Shown: positions 25,001 through 37,556, numbered from the stretch's first letter. The stretch: 64,000 nt of DNA from Takakia lepidozioides (GCA_030704615.1 CM060732.1:46438001-46502000), one strand, 5' to 3'. Notes: a model not told the origin generated them from the letters alone. Numbers and translations are program-made.

Positions 25001-26349
25001 GAATCCGTTTTCGTGGCCTTTGAAGCAAGGCAGCTCTCTGCCACATTTAATACTGCTCCAGGAAGCCATTGTCCCCCTGGGAAAGCTTCATTGCTTTTGT
25101 CCAAAATGCAGCGGGGTGGTTCGTGGAATACTAAAGATTGCTCCTTGAAGACAAGGGGATAATATATCTGAAGAATTCCGTGCAAATTCATAAGATTTCT
25201 TCTTTTTTGGCTTGAAGAAAAGCAAATGCTTCTGGATCCCCAGACATCTTTGACTTTCACAGGGTATTGGCAAGGGTATATGTAGGTGACAACTTGTATT
25301 GAAATACTATTACGACTAACCAATGCACTTATTATAGCTTGGAGTCTAATAGTGCAAACGGATGTGTGTGCACTTAGAACTTGGATTCACAGCTTACAGC
25401 TGGTATAACATCCTTGGCACTCACTGTTCCTATTGAGAAACATCATGAAGACAAACCACTGCACTTGTGAGTTGGGGTAGCCAATGCACACAGTTTGTAA
25501 TTTGAGAGGTAATTAGGGATCGCCAGGCTGCTTGCAGCTGCTATAACCAGATGTATTCGAGCCAACCAGCATCTTAACAACCTCTGACAGAAAATGCAAT
25601 TAATCCTACCCAGGCACCTGTTCTGAAATGCAGTAAGAGATAACCAGGGGCATTAATACTACCAAGTTGCACTTACACGGTTATTAATGTTACCAGGACT
25701 AACTAAGGCACTTACAGCCTGGAGTACGGATGTATCAGGGAAAAGCCAACCTCAGGACGCTCAGCAGACAATCTTTGCAATGCAGGGAAGCTTTCCATTG
25801 GAGTCTTATAAGCAGACCCCAGCAGCTCATACCCTCGGGTCTCGAGAAGGCGTCCGAGATTCGTCAGCCTAGCAGTCTCCCTGCAACGTGTCTCCAAAAA
25901 TCCAAGGAAAGAAAAATCAATAAAGTTCCAATGGTTACGTCACTAGCGTTGCACACATGAAGTCGTGCATGTTTGGCATCCAATTTGTCTTCAAAAAAAT
26001 TCCTTGTAGAGAACAATCTTATTCACAGACTGAAAGAGAAAGAATAATGCAAGCTAGACAGAGAGAGAGAGAGAGAGAGCACTTACGGAGTGGGGATCCA
26101 AGCGGGGGGAGGGCCAAGCACGGAAGTATCCCACCCTCTGTACGTAGAATAGTACATTAGCTGATGCAGAACGTAAGGATGTTCAGGCTTCAAAATCTTC
26201 TGGGAAATGCTGCTCCAAACTGCAGAACTTCCACAATTAGCGAGCACCTTCTGCAGCTGGCCATGAATGTCGATAGCCTGCGCAAGCGACAAACCAGTGC
26301 TTTGGATACGTTCCACAGTCACAGACTCTACACCAACATCTTGTTCCAT
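7090..26349 (-). CDS. Peroxisomal acyl-activating enzyme, AAE17/AAE18-like (AMP-binding family). Exons: 26349-26087, 25880-25751, 25167-24914, 24682-24478, 24346-24306, 17091-16963, 16748-16675, 16119-15899, 14922-14828, 14320-14104, 8790-8665, 8428-8330, 8114-7908, 7209-7090
   Basis: 14 exons with GT-AG borders and matching phases; AMP-binding motif [40 protein letters not shown]...[27 protein letters not shown]; ends LSSKL* (PTS1). Confidence 0.93.
8943..9534 (-). mobile_element. LINE family B: 5'-truncated 3' copy (~8980-9534) plus a tiny third 3' end (~8943-8975)
   Basis: ORF 9083-9523 is nearly identical to the ORF2 C-terminus at 9652-10090 ([12 protein letters not shown] zinc finger); each copy ends in a (TTTCA)n-like tail. 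Confidence 0.9.
9535..13392 (-). mobile_element. LINE family B (RTEX-like, APE-RT), near full length: partial ORF1 (13390-13062) and frameshifted ORF2 (~13004-9652)
   Basis: ORF1 RRM-like ...LFIRFKD...YLNDDLTP; APE motifs [29 protein letters not shown]; RT motifs [30 protein letters not shown]; C-terminal zinc finger; (TTTCA)n tail. Confidence 0.92.
13430..13660 (-). mobile_element. Old degenerate LINE family B 3' fragment
   Basis: Reverse complement resembles the [25 protein letters not shown]...KCLAAYL coding region with indels; lies just upstream of the long copy's 5' end. Confidence 0.7.
15046..15776 (-). mobile_element. LINE family A, 5'-truncated copy with 14-bp TSD
   Basis: TSD TATGTGGAGCCAGA at 15032-15045 and 15777-15790; ORF 15052-15642 with [14 protein letters not shown] and ...[12 protein letters not shown]. 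Confidence 0.92.
17250..17612 (+). mobile_element. LINE family A degenerate 3' fragment
   Basis: Similar to the ORF2 C-terminal region; ends GTCAATGGCCACAAGGCTACGGCAAACAACGTCTTATGAGTACA. Confidence 0.8.
17780..21825 (+). mobile_element. LINE family A (RTE/RTEX-like), near full length with frameshifts and a 3' internal deletion
   Basis: Putative ORF1 17877-18356; APE motifs ([31 protein letters not shown]) 18431-19290; RT motifs ([31 protein letters not shown]) 19243-21090; family 3' end at 21775-21825. 5' boundary is approximate. Confidence 0.9.
18335..18530 (+). repeat. 69-bp tandem repeat, ~2.8 copies, inside LINE A
   Basis: Units start at 18335, 18404 and 18473 (CCTGAAGGATTTGGCAC...); 69 bp = 23 codons, [21 protein letters not shown]. 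Confidence 0.9.
23090..24255 (+). mobile_element. LINE family B young 5'-truncated copy (~23219-24255) preceded by an old family-B 3' remnant (~23090-23212)
   Basis: 23219-24255 is almost identical to the reverse complement of ~9550-10590; the upstream remnant TCCCATAAGCTCTGTGAGCTTCCCAGACGTTAT matches the family 3' UTR. Confidence 0.88.
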
Positions 26350-28296
26350 CGCTGGGCCCCCTCCCCTCTACAATCTCTCCTCACCACAACCAACCCACAG
26401 ACAGGCTTGACAAGCAGCTTGTGGGCAGAGCAGCCTTCCAAGCTCTCCACGTCAGCAATACATCTACAGTTTTCTGTGGCATGACATATAGCACGTCAGC
26501 AATACATACACATTTTATATGCCACGTCGGCTTTACAGGGTGACGTGGAAAGGCGGAAACTGAAACAAACAGTGATTCGGGAGTTCAAACCCGGACTGTC
26601 AGATAAAATAATAAATAAATAAGGTCACACAACAAAGGCTGAAAAGTACGGTTACAGCTGGATGAGTCTGTATGTACACATCACATGAGTCTGTACACAC
26701 ATAGTCTGCGATGTGTGTGGGAAAGCTGAGATCATCCAAAGAAGGATGCAAAGTATTTGGATGGATGACTTTCATTGAGTGCGACTTGGGTGATGCTGGG
26801 TTCAACCCAGTGTTGGGCTGGTATGGGTTTTGAAACCCTTGCCCAGCCGGTAATAGGCCGGTATCCATCTATGGTGGAAGACTAACAATCTATGGTGCAA
26901 GACTGGCTTAGCCCACGAATACCTGGAGTTCCTGGAAAAAGATCATTCAGACCAGAAGTATGAAAATGAAACTTTTTCGATAACTGGACTTTATCCATAA
27001 GTGCGGCTACGATTTTTTCTTAAGGAATATCCCTACCTGGGTATACGGGGCCAAAACTCAAGAACCAAGTACTCAGAACTTGGTAGCAATGGCCTATCCC
27101 TATACCACTGGTAATTTGAATCCAGTAATTTCGAATATCCGGATCCGGATCCGCGGGTACCATAATCATGTGTGGCAACATTGCTTCAATCTTGGTACCT
27201 AGTTACACATGGCATTGTTGGCGAGGTTACCCTACCCTATATCTATAAGAATTGATATATATTATACATCACTGCTACATGTCCAACACACCTCCGCCTC
27301 CTCCAACCCCATTTCCTTCCCTTCCAGCCTACATCATCTGCTCGCACGGACATGGGGGATGCGGGGGATGCGAGTTTCCATCCCCCCTCCCCGCACCCCC
27401 ACCCTTTCATCCCCTTAGGCCCGCCACCTAACATGTCTCATAAGACCACCCCATGCAAGGCCTGGGCCATCCCTGCCCCTCCCGCAAACCGCTTAAATTC
27501 TCTCCTTCTCACTCTCGTTACACCAATGGTTCCATATCCAGTTCTAATGTCGGCTATAGCGTATACCATGCTGGCACTAACCAGGTGGCGTGGCTCTTAG
27601 GCTACCAGGCCCTACCTGCTGAGCTCATGGCTATTTTTGAAGCACTCTCCCAACTATCCTCATTTTCCCCCCACACTACATTTTTAGAGATAGCCTCACC
27701 TCACTATTCCTAATTCGTAACCACCTCTCCTGCCCATCTGCCACCCCGTAACCTCATTACTGCTTTTGTCAACCTCGCGTTTCCATTGATCACACCATCC
27801 ACTTTATCAAAGTCCGATCCCATATTGGTATCAGCGGCAATGACAGGGCTGACCTACTCACCTAGTCGGGGGCATACAAACCCCCACTGGACCCCACGGC
27901 CGACCCTATTCACATTGCCCATACTCACCTATTTTGGCTTATACATCCTATACCAAAACCCCCAATAACCAAATCCATACGTAACCTGCAAACCACTCTC
28001 ATCCGTGAGGCTAACAAACAAGCCTCAACATCCCTCAGTCACACAAAGGTACATATCCAAAATTGGATCCATTCAACCGTGCTTCACCATAAGCTTTCTA
28101 ACTACTTCTGTCACACCAAGGCTGCTTCTGACGCGCAGATCAGACAAACACTCAAATTTCGCTACGCTCAATACATGGGCCGCCAACGCAAACACATCTT
28201 CTAGCCACGCCTATTTCCTTCTCCAACTGCCCGATATGCTCACATACACATCCAATAAGCAACACCTGGCCCCACCTTCTCAACCAATGTACTCAG

Positions 28297-28905
28297 TGTC
28301 ACGGACATAGCCCAGAAGAACTTATCAGGAGTAAATATCAGAAGTTACCAAGTTATCAAGTTACCATGTTATCGGAAGTTCCCATGACTTCCCATGATTT
28401 ACCATGATTTATCATGATCTACCATGATTTACCATACTTACCAAGTTATCGGGAGTTTACTAAATTACCAAGAGTAATTTGGGAAACTTCTCCATCAAGA
28501 TACTTCATTTGTTTAAGGAAGCTTCTCTATCAAAGAATCCTTTGTTTAATCTTGGAAACTTCTCCAGCAAGAAACCTCCATAGGGGAAGCTTCTTAGTAG
28601 CCAGTATATATAAGAGGCGAGACTGGACACTCTTCAGTCTCGTCAACACCAGTTCAATCTACTCTTGTTTCCAGTTCCCAGTACTCTAGCCCAGTTTCCA
28701 GTATCTGGTACTCTAGTCCAGTTTCCAGCATTCCAGTATTCAAGTCGTGTTCCAAGATCTTGTACTATTGTTCATTGTTATAAAGATCGTCTTGATTCAT
28801 ATTCACTCATCGTGCATACGGCCACGCCGACCTTGACTTCTTATCTAGTCTTGTACCTCTAGTCTGATATCTTGTTTGTGTTCAGTCATGTTCTTGTCAT
28901 TGACA
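28297..28905 (+). repeat. 5' LTR
   Basis: TGTCA/TGACA termini, internal CCATGATTTA-type short tandem repeats, TATATA box ~28605; homologous to 33450-34082. Confidence 0.9.
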
Positions 28906-31900
28906 GTTTGGCGAGACTAAAGTTTGTTCCTTAGTTAGTTAAGATAGAAGACACATTTGTGGAAATGGTCGCCACATTGTAGAGTCTTCAGCTCCAAATG
29001 CAAGAATTTTGTGTCTCTATTGCCCAACTACAAGCTGATCAGTCTCAAGACCTTGACAATGTTCTCAACAATTTGCAACAACAAATTTCAGAGTTGAAGG
29101 AGTCGAACAATGGATCTTCAACCTTACGAGTCCCTACTACAACAAATCATACTGCAACGGTTCCTCCAAATCTTCAACATATTACAAGGAAACCAAAGGT
29201 TAGCATGCCCGAAAAATTTGATGGGACGAGATCAAGATTTCGCGGTTTTGTTCAACAAGTACAATTGTTCCTACGGCTACATCCACAACGCTACCTTGAT
29301 GAAGATATTCAAGTGGGATTCGTGGGCACCCTTCTACCATGCACTGCCCTCTCTTGGTTTCACCGCTATTAGAGAAAAATTCGCATTTACTATACAATTT
29401 TGAAGCGTTGATGTCCGATTTCACTGCAACGTTTGGAGAGAATGATATAGAGAGAGTTGCAGAGACAAAGATGCGAAATCTTCGACAAGGAGCACGTCCA
29501 GCTTCCGTTTATGCTGCCGAATTTCGACAACTTGCGTGCGACCTCGACTGGAATGAGAAGAGCCTCATTAGTCAGTTTCGATGTGGCCTAAAAGAGGATG
29601 TTAAAGATTTGTTGCTGACAATGCCAAACGTTAGTACACTGAGCAAATTCATCACCCAAGTCATTGCATGCGATAATCGTTTGTTCGAAAGACGTCAAGA
29701 GAAACGATCTGGATGGTCGACGACGCACCATGCCACTGCTACTACGGCACCAAATACAACGATCCATCAGACATCCGGTAGTGATCCTATGCAGATTGAT
29801 GTTGTCCGATTCAAGCCATTGACGCCACAGGAAAAACAAAGACGACGTTCGAATGGATTATGCCTTTATTGCGGAGAAGATGATCATATGGCAGTAAACT
29901 GTCCTAACAAGAGAAGATTCAAAGCTCGAGGCATCACTCAAGTGTTCGATACGAGGAGGTTGGAAAACGACGATGTCCAGTCACAGTAGAGACCATGCGG
30001 CTGGACATCCCAAATTCCTCACCAAAAAAATGTCTCTTTCTACCTCCAGACCATGTACATTGTTTCATAGTTCCAGTAAAGATCAGGATGCAAAATCGAG
30101 ATATCTCCGTAGAAGCACTTTTGGACTCGGGCACTTCAACGTGTTTTATTGACAAAGACTTTGCGAAGCAACACATTTAACGCTCGTAAGAAAAAAAATT
30201 CTCGGCCCCTGTTGAAGTCATCGATGGACGACCGTTAGCATCAGGAAATATTGACCATGAAACTCGACCCCTTGAAGTGAAACTTAAAAATCAAGCATCA
30301 TAGATTGTTTTCAATGTCATCCAGTCTCCAATGAATCATGTGATCCTTGGACTTCCCTGGTTTGTACTTCATAATCCTGACATAGACTGGCGATCACGAA
30401 AAATTTCGGCAAGACAAAAATGCAAAAGTACCAAAGGTATTCACCCCCTATTTCTTGGAGCTAGAGCCTTCATGAGAGCTACGAAGAAAGACGCGACATT
30501 TGCACTTTATGCGACTCCGATCAAAACCACAACAGACCAAGGTACTTCAACATTACCAACTCAATATCAAGATTTCAAGGATGTCTTCGAAAAGAAAAAA
30601 TGCAAACATGCTGCCAGAACATCGACCTTATGATTGTGCAATTGAGTTGCAAGAAGAAGCTCAACCACCATTCGGCCCGATCTACAATTTATCTTAGACG
30701 GAGCTGGCTACTTTACGCGAATACATTGATAAAAATTTGTCAAAGAATTTCATTCGACATTCGAAATCACCCGCGGGAGCACCTATCTTATTTGTAAAGA
30801 AGAATGACGGATCGTTACGCATGTGTATGGACTATCGTGAGCTCAACAAAGTCACTATAATCCACTACTGTTGATTTCCGGACTCCTCGAACAACTTGGA
30901 CGAGCAAATTTTTTCACAAATATCGACTTGAGATGAGCTTACAACCTTGAACGAATAAAAGAAGGAGACGAATGGAAGACTTCTTTTTGCACAAGGTATG
31001 GACATTTCGAATACAATGTTATGTTTTTCGGTCTTACAAATGCTCCAGCAATTTTTCAACACATAATGAATGACATCTTTCGAGAATTTTTAGATGACTT
31101 TGTAGTCATCTATTTGGACGACATTTTGATATTTTCACATAATGAAGAAGAACATGGTCGCCATGTACGCCTTGTCCTTGATAAATTGAGGGAAAAAAAG
31201 ATTATATGCCAAGTTGGAAAAATGTCTTTTACACCAATCTGAAGTCGAATTTTTGGGCTACATTATTTCTGACAAATGAGTCTTTATGGATCAGAAGAAA
31301 ATACAAACCATCGTCGAGTGGGTTAAACCAACTTCGGTCCGAGATGTACAATGTTTTCTAAGATTTGCAAATTTATATAGAATCTTCATCAAGGACTACT
31401 CCAAAATTGCTGCACCAATGACACGATTCACAGGGAAAGACAAATTTGTATGGGACGAGAAGGCAGACCAAACATTTGAAAGGCTGAAGCAGGCATTTAC
31501 AATGGCTCCAATACTTGTATATGCAGACCTATCTAAACCATCCTTTTTGGAAGCAGATGCATCGGATTTTGCACTTGGCGCGGTACTCTCTCAATATGGT
31601 ACAGATGACCGACTTCACCCTGTTGGTTTTCGTTCTCGCAAATTTTCCGCTGCGGAGATCAATTATGAAATCCATGGCAAAGGTGTTTTGAATCGACGTC
31701 AAGCAAGATGGAGTATATCACTAGCAAGGTTTGATTTTGTTATTACCTACCGTCCATGACATCTTCAAGGAAAACCAGATGTTCTTTCTCGACAATCGTA
31801 TCTTGCGTCAAATGAAATGGATGCAGCTTTTGACCAACAGAAATCCATCATCTTGAAACCAGCAAATCTCCAATTGAATATGCTATCGATGTCCACCTAT

Positions 31901-33449
31901 GATATGCAGAGATCATGAAAGAGATTCAGGAAGCACTGAAGAGCAACCAATTTGCTACAACACTACGAAGTCAACTAAATTGACCTCGAGACAACCCACA
32001 TGTTACAAACGACTTTGAGTTCAAAGATGACTTACTTTATTTCAAGGGACTTCTCTATGTACCTCCAGGACCTACACGACTTCAAATTCTTCAAACATGT
32101 CATAATCTTCCGGCTGTAGGACATTTCGGCTTCAACAAAACAATGGAATTGATATCCATAGACTATTGGTGGCCGCAGATGTGGAAACTCGTGAAAGAAT
32201 TTATAAAATCTTGCGACACGAGCGAACGGACCACGACATCGACCTTACGGCCTTCTTCAACCATTACCCATTCCCAAGGGTCCATGGTCGTCCGTATCTA
32301 TGGACTTTATTACGGACCTTCCAATCTCCAAGACCACCGATTCAATCCTTGTTATTGTAGATCGTTTTACGAAGATGACACATTTCATTCCATGTAATAA
32401 GACGGTTACCATGCAGTGTTATACCTTTCGGTCTTACAAATGCTCCAACAATTTTTCAACACATAATGAATGACATCTTTCGAGAATTTTTAGATGACTT
32501 TGTAGTCATCTATTTGGACAACATTTTGATATTTTCACATAATAAAGAAGAACATGGTCGCCATGTACGCCTTGTCCTTGATAAATTGAGGGAAAAAAAA
32601 CTATATGCCAAGTTGGAAAAATGTCTTTTCCACCAATCTGAAGTCGAATTTTTGGGCTACATTATTTCTGACAAATGAGTCTTTATGGATCAGAAGAAAA
32701 TACAAACCATCGTCGAGTGGGTTAAACCAACTTCGGTCCGAGATGTACAATGTTTTCTAGGATTTGCAAATTTATATAGAATCTTCATCAATGACTACTC
32801 CAAAATTGCTGCACCATTGACACGACTCACAGGGAAGGACAATTTGTATGGGACGAGAAGGCTGACCAATCATTTGAAATGATGAAGTAGACATTTACAA
32901 CGGCTCCAATACTGGTACATGCTGACCCATCTAAACCTCTCTTTTTGGAAGCAGATGCATCGGACTTTGCACTTGGCGCGGTACTCTCTCAATACGGTAC
33001 AGATGGCCAACTTCACCCTGTTGGTTTTCGTTCTCGCAAATTTTCCGCTGCGGAGATCAATTATGAAATCCATGACAAAGAACTTCTAGTATTATCGATG
33101 CTTTTGAGGAGTGGCGTCATCTATTGGAGAGAGCTAAACATCAGGTCATAGTCTATACCGATCACGAAAACCTCGAGTATTTTATGAGTGCTCGCATTTT
33201 GAATCGACGTCAAGCGAGATGGAGTATGTCACTAGCAAGGTTTGATTTTGTCATTACCTAATGTCCCGGACATCTTCAAGGAAAACCAGATGCTCTTTCT
33301 CGACGATCATATCTTGCTCCAAAAGAAGGGGATGCAACTTTTGACCAACAGAAATCCATCATCTTGAAACCAACAAATCTCCAATTGAATATGTTATCCA
33401 TGTCCACCTATGACGATGTAGGGATCATAAAGGAGATTCAGGAAGCACT

Positions 33450-34082
33450 GACATAGCCTAGAAGAACTTACCAGGAGTAAATATCAGAAGTTACCAAGTT
33501 ATCATATTACTGGAAGTTACCATGATTTACCATGATTTATATGATTTACCATGATCTACCATGATTTATCATTACTTACCAAGTTATCGGGAGTTTGTCA
33601 AATTACTAAGAGTAACTTGCGAAACTGCTCAGGAAGCTTCATTTGGAGGAAACTTCTCCATCAAGATACCTCCTTTATTTAAAGAAGTTTCTCTATCAAT
33701 AAACCTTTGTTTACTCTTGGAAACTTCTCCATCAAGAAACCTCCATAGGGGAAGCTTCTTATAAAACTTCTTAGTAGCCAGTATATATATGAGGCGAGAC
33801 TAGACACTCTTCAGTCTCGCCAACACCAGTTCAAGCTACTCTTGTTTCCAGTTCCCAGTACTCTAGCCCAGTTTCAAGTATCTGCTACTCCAGTCCAGTT
33901 TCCAACATTCCAGTATTCAAGTCGTGTTCTAATATCTTGTACTCTTGTTCATTGTCATAAAGATCGTCTTGATTCCTATTTACTCATTGTGCATACGGCT
34001 ACGCCAACCTTGACTTCTTGTCTAGTCTTGTAACTCTAGTCTGATCTCTTGTTTGTGTTCAGTCATGTTCTCGTCCCTGACA
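33450..34082 (+). repeat. 3' LTR, missing its first ~7 bp
   Basis: Begins GACATAGCC directly after pol sequence; ends CCTGACA. Confidence 0.88.
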
Positions 34083-34229
34083 CTGTGATACGTTACAGAT
34101 GGACTGGGAGGCAAGCGATCGTAACCATTGTCCTTAACCAATTCGGACACGTCATGTCTTTTACCACTGCTGAGTCAAGATTCACTCGTTCTTCATCATT
34201 CTGGGGCCAGAGTGATTGGGTGTCTTTTA

Positions 34230-34610
34230 CCACTCAAAATGAGTGGTTGCCAGAGTGGTTATTCCGCGTTTTTCTTCTAGTGCCTTCGCTTCCTTGTCGT
34301 GAATCCACTTTGAATAATGTGAGTGTGTACCTGCTTTCCAACTTCCAAACCTTTCATTTTTGATGCACTTAAGCAAGAGACAGATAAACGTATCTGAATC
34401 TGTTGAAATGCCTCCTAGGTTTAAAGTCTGTAGAGCCTCTTTCAGTTTGTCTGCCTCACAACACATCTTCACATGCCCAGAAGTCCAGAAGATGCATTGG
34501 GACCCCCTCTCTTCATCCTGTTTCAGAAACTGTGGTCATGGTTGAGGTGCCTAATTTTATCAACTGTGTCGCTGCAGTAGCTATTTTTACTTAATCATCT
34601 ACCCATGATA
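34230..34610 (-). pseudogene. PLS-PPR 5' fragment, inverted paralog of ~42170-42410 joined to 47318 onward
   Basis: KMCCEADKLKEALQTLNLGGISTDSDTFICLLLKC, then frameshifted KQVHTHIIQSGF; upstream flank is also homologous. Confidence 0.7.
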
Positions 34611-34923
34611 TTATGAACATGATCACTTACCAATGGAGGGTCTACTACATAAACGTACACCGTCACCAGCATTAGTTCTAGGAATCATTTCTGTTCTAGG
34701 AACTAAAACTGATCGGATGAAAATCCACACAGCCACCTTATCATTCCAGTTGTCCCACCACTGCGAAAGATCTAATGTATGATCCTGCCACAACAGCTCT
34801 CTGCTAATTGCTTGGTTTGCATGCAAACACATTAAACATAGTTGTTTGGCGTCTCATAATTGCGTGACCTAACAAGAAATGTTGGTCTAGGCTCTCTCTC
34901 TTTTTCTCACTCTCTCCTTAGTG

Positions 34924-35132
34924 GGGCAAATCACACAAAGCAGATTGATGCTTGTGTAAAGGGATTTGTAGAGGATATCTGGAAAACTCGGATCAATTGT
35001 ATGTTCCAAGGTAAGTCATACTACCGACGTCAGCCCTTGACAAAGGTAGTTTCTGTCCCTTTGTGTTCCGCTCAAAGTGGGCGCGGGGTCAATGGCCCCA
35101 AGGCTACGGCGAACAATGCCTTATGAATACAT
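34924..35132 (+). mobile_element. LINE family A 3' fragment
   Basis: [14 protein letters not shown]...GVNGPKATANNAL*; near-TSD CTCTCTCCTT(C)AGTG on both sides. Confidence 0.85.
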
Positions 35133-35289
35133 TCTCTCTCCCTTCAGTGCCATCATAGAAGGGACCGACATAAAAACGATTCACGTGAGCTCAAAAACGA
35201 TTCACTTCTTAGATTTCGAAGCGGGATTCCATGTTTGTCTGAGAGAATCTAGTGATCTTGTTTCCTGGAGCCTGGATCGCTCCGGCGTC

Positions 35290-35595
35290 CCTTTCAGCTG
35301 CATACACATTGGAGCATGCTAGGGCTTGGAGCGGTGCTCACACAGGTGGATGATGAGGGAAGAGAGTTCGTAGTGGCTTATGCTAGCCGCTCGAACAACA
35401 CTGCAGAGTCTAAGTATAACTCATATGAGGGGGAGTGCTTAGCTGCAGTGTGGGCCGTGGCACACTTCAGGTGCTATTTATACGGCAATCTCTTCACCCT
35501 TGTCACGGATCACTAGCCACTCACGTGACTGATGGAGTCAGACAAGCTTACGGGGAAGCTTGCACGGTGGGCACTTATACTCCAAGAGTATGACC
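35290..35595 (+). mobile_element. Isolated Ty3/gypsy RNase H fragment from a different family
   Basis: GLGAVLTQVDDEGREFVVAYASRSNN.AESKY.SYEGECLAAVWAVAHFR.YLYG..FTLVTDH*PL....KLARWALILQEYD. Confidence 0.85.
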
Positions 35596-36160
35596 CGCAA
35601 CCAATTGAATTGGCGCCGTAACGAAACGAAATGAACGACGAAACAAAGAGAGCCTATTCTCGCCTCTGCTAAAACCAGTTCCGACTTGTCGTCACTGGAA
35701 TATTCAATAATGCTTGCAATATGGATAAAATAATCCACTAGTAACTTCCTATATACCTAGATGAAACAACTTTGCGCTCCTAAAACGAAGATTTGTAGGA
35801 AGTGCACAAAAGATTGGGGATTGGCCCAACTTGAGTACGCTTTGGGCAAGGGAGGGTGAGTGGTGGGGCCCATCAATTACAAAATGAGGTGGTTGAGTGG
35901 ATTACCTATAGCACAATTAGAGCAAGGCTCAAGCCAATTGGAGAAAGTGTTAGGGTGAGATAGATCATTTACCCGCCAGACATATACCCTTTGAGCTGGC
36001 CTTTACCCGCCTCTAGGGCAGGGTATATCCACATCCTAAGACTACAATTATGTATAGGATAAGGGTAATTATCTACTAATTGCCCTCCGATTATATTCAA
36101 ATGGCAGGTAAGTAAAACCGTCGGGTCCGGTTATAGTTAAATGGTTATACCCTGATATAC

Positions 36161-36773
36161 CAGCAAAGTTCCGTGTCAGAGAGAAAAGCAAAAACCATGC
36201 CCCACCGCTGCACATTAGAATGCACGGTAACGTTCCGTGCGCTCCAAATTGGAACCGGACCCCCGACCTTGCCATGTCCTTCCGGGCCCGTTATGGCTCA
36301 CGCAAGTCAACGTCAGACGAGTCCTGCGCGCATATGGAGTCAGGTGATCATCCCACGCGTGAGACGTTGGCGAGCGTCAGGTTGAGCGGGAGGGTGGTGT
36401 GAGGTTTGCCATGCAACCGGTGGGGAGCAATCCAGCTGAAGGCACCCCATCTTCTTGAGCGCTTTGCACATGCCTCAGTAAAAGACATTTGATGTACCCA
36501 CATACAGAGCCACCGGTGGGGATGCTCCTCACGCCACCCTCCCGTTCAACCTCTCGCTCGCCAGCGTCTCACGTGTGGGATGATCGCCTGATTCCAGATG
36601 CGCGCTGGACTCGTCTGACGTTGACTTGCGTGAGCCATAACCGGCCCGGAAGGACACGACAAGGTCCGGGGTCCGGTTCCAATTTGGAGCGCACGGAACG
36701 TTACCGCGCATTGTAATGTGCAGCGGTGGGGCATGGTTTTTGTGTCTTATCTCTCTGACACGGAACTTTGCCG
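36161..36773. mobile_element. Foldback/MITE-like element with ~260-bp inverted arms
   Basis: 36161-~36425 is the near reverse complement of ~36510-36773 (CAGCAAAGTTCCGTGTCAGA / TCTGACACGGAACTTTGCCG); short central spacer; no TSD identified. Confidence 0.8.
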
Positions 36774-37518
36774 CTTCCGTGCCTGATAGCGGCCCCGGTG
36801 GGGATGCTCGTAGTATGTATACTGATACAAAGCCCAAATGGATGAGTATATCTTATCAAATAAAATATCTATTGCCGCTACCAAGTTGTCACGATAAGTA
36901 TATGATCATTAATAGATAGGATGATACACTAGTAACTAGAGTCATCCACCTATTCAAATAACTACAAATAATTATAGATAAGTTCTAAAATCTAAAACCA
37001 ATAGATATACTAGCGACGAAGGTCGAGAGCTAGTTTAGCGTAGAACAGATATAGGGTGCCATAGTGCCACATCATTGTCGCCACGTTTTGTACGTCATCA
37101 ATGTTTTGGGAATCTGCCCGGACTGCCCGGGAAAACCAAAAGTGAGCTATCGAGCTGTTTGATTTCTTTGTCGCTCGCTGGAGCAGGCAGTAGTAGTAAG
37201 AGAGGTCTGCAGGGATCCGTCCAGGTCCTATCCAGCTTTAGGTGTCCAGATTGAGAATGCCTAAGAGAGTATAATTTTTTCTTAGAAGCAGTTACTCGTA
37301 ATTTAGGAGAATGGCTCCCAAGAGGAAGAGTGGTAAAGGTTCGAAGTTTGCGGATGATGCGCCTTGGCGAGCGGCGTAGAGAGGAAAGACCAACCCGAGA
37401 ATTTCTCAGGGAGTCGTTTTTGTAGTTCGGCAGGGCGCCAATTTCAACTATGCCATGAGCATTATGAAGTTCTCTTTTTCTCTTTTTGAATTTAGGGAAG
37501 ATCTCAAGCTGAAGAGTT

Positions 37519-37556
37519 TATGGCCACAAGGTCGGCAAACAAAGTCTTATGAGTAG
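37519..37556 (+). mobile_element. LINE family A micro-fragment (~37 bp) upstream of a (CT)n tract
   Basis: ATGGCCACAAGG-TCGGCAAACAAAGTCTTATGAGTA followed by TTCTCC(CT)n. Confidence 0.7.

Larger units (their letters stand above)
28297..34082 (+). mobile_element. Ty3/gypsy LTR retrotransposon (Tcn1/chromovirus-like), decayed and rearranged
   Basis: 5' LTR TGTCA...TGACA 28297-28905; gag (PEKFDG, PMQID, CLYCGEDDHMAVNC); protease ALLDSG; RT YLDDILI; RNase H EADASDFALGAVL; partial integrase; 3' LTR ~33450-34082. Confidence 0.93.

Noticed and set aside
27200-28296. C-rich region with a CPICH-like string, possibly a decayed L1 zinc-finger region
   Set aside because: Too degenerate; no other supporting motifs.
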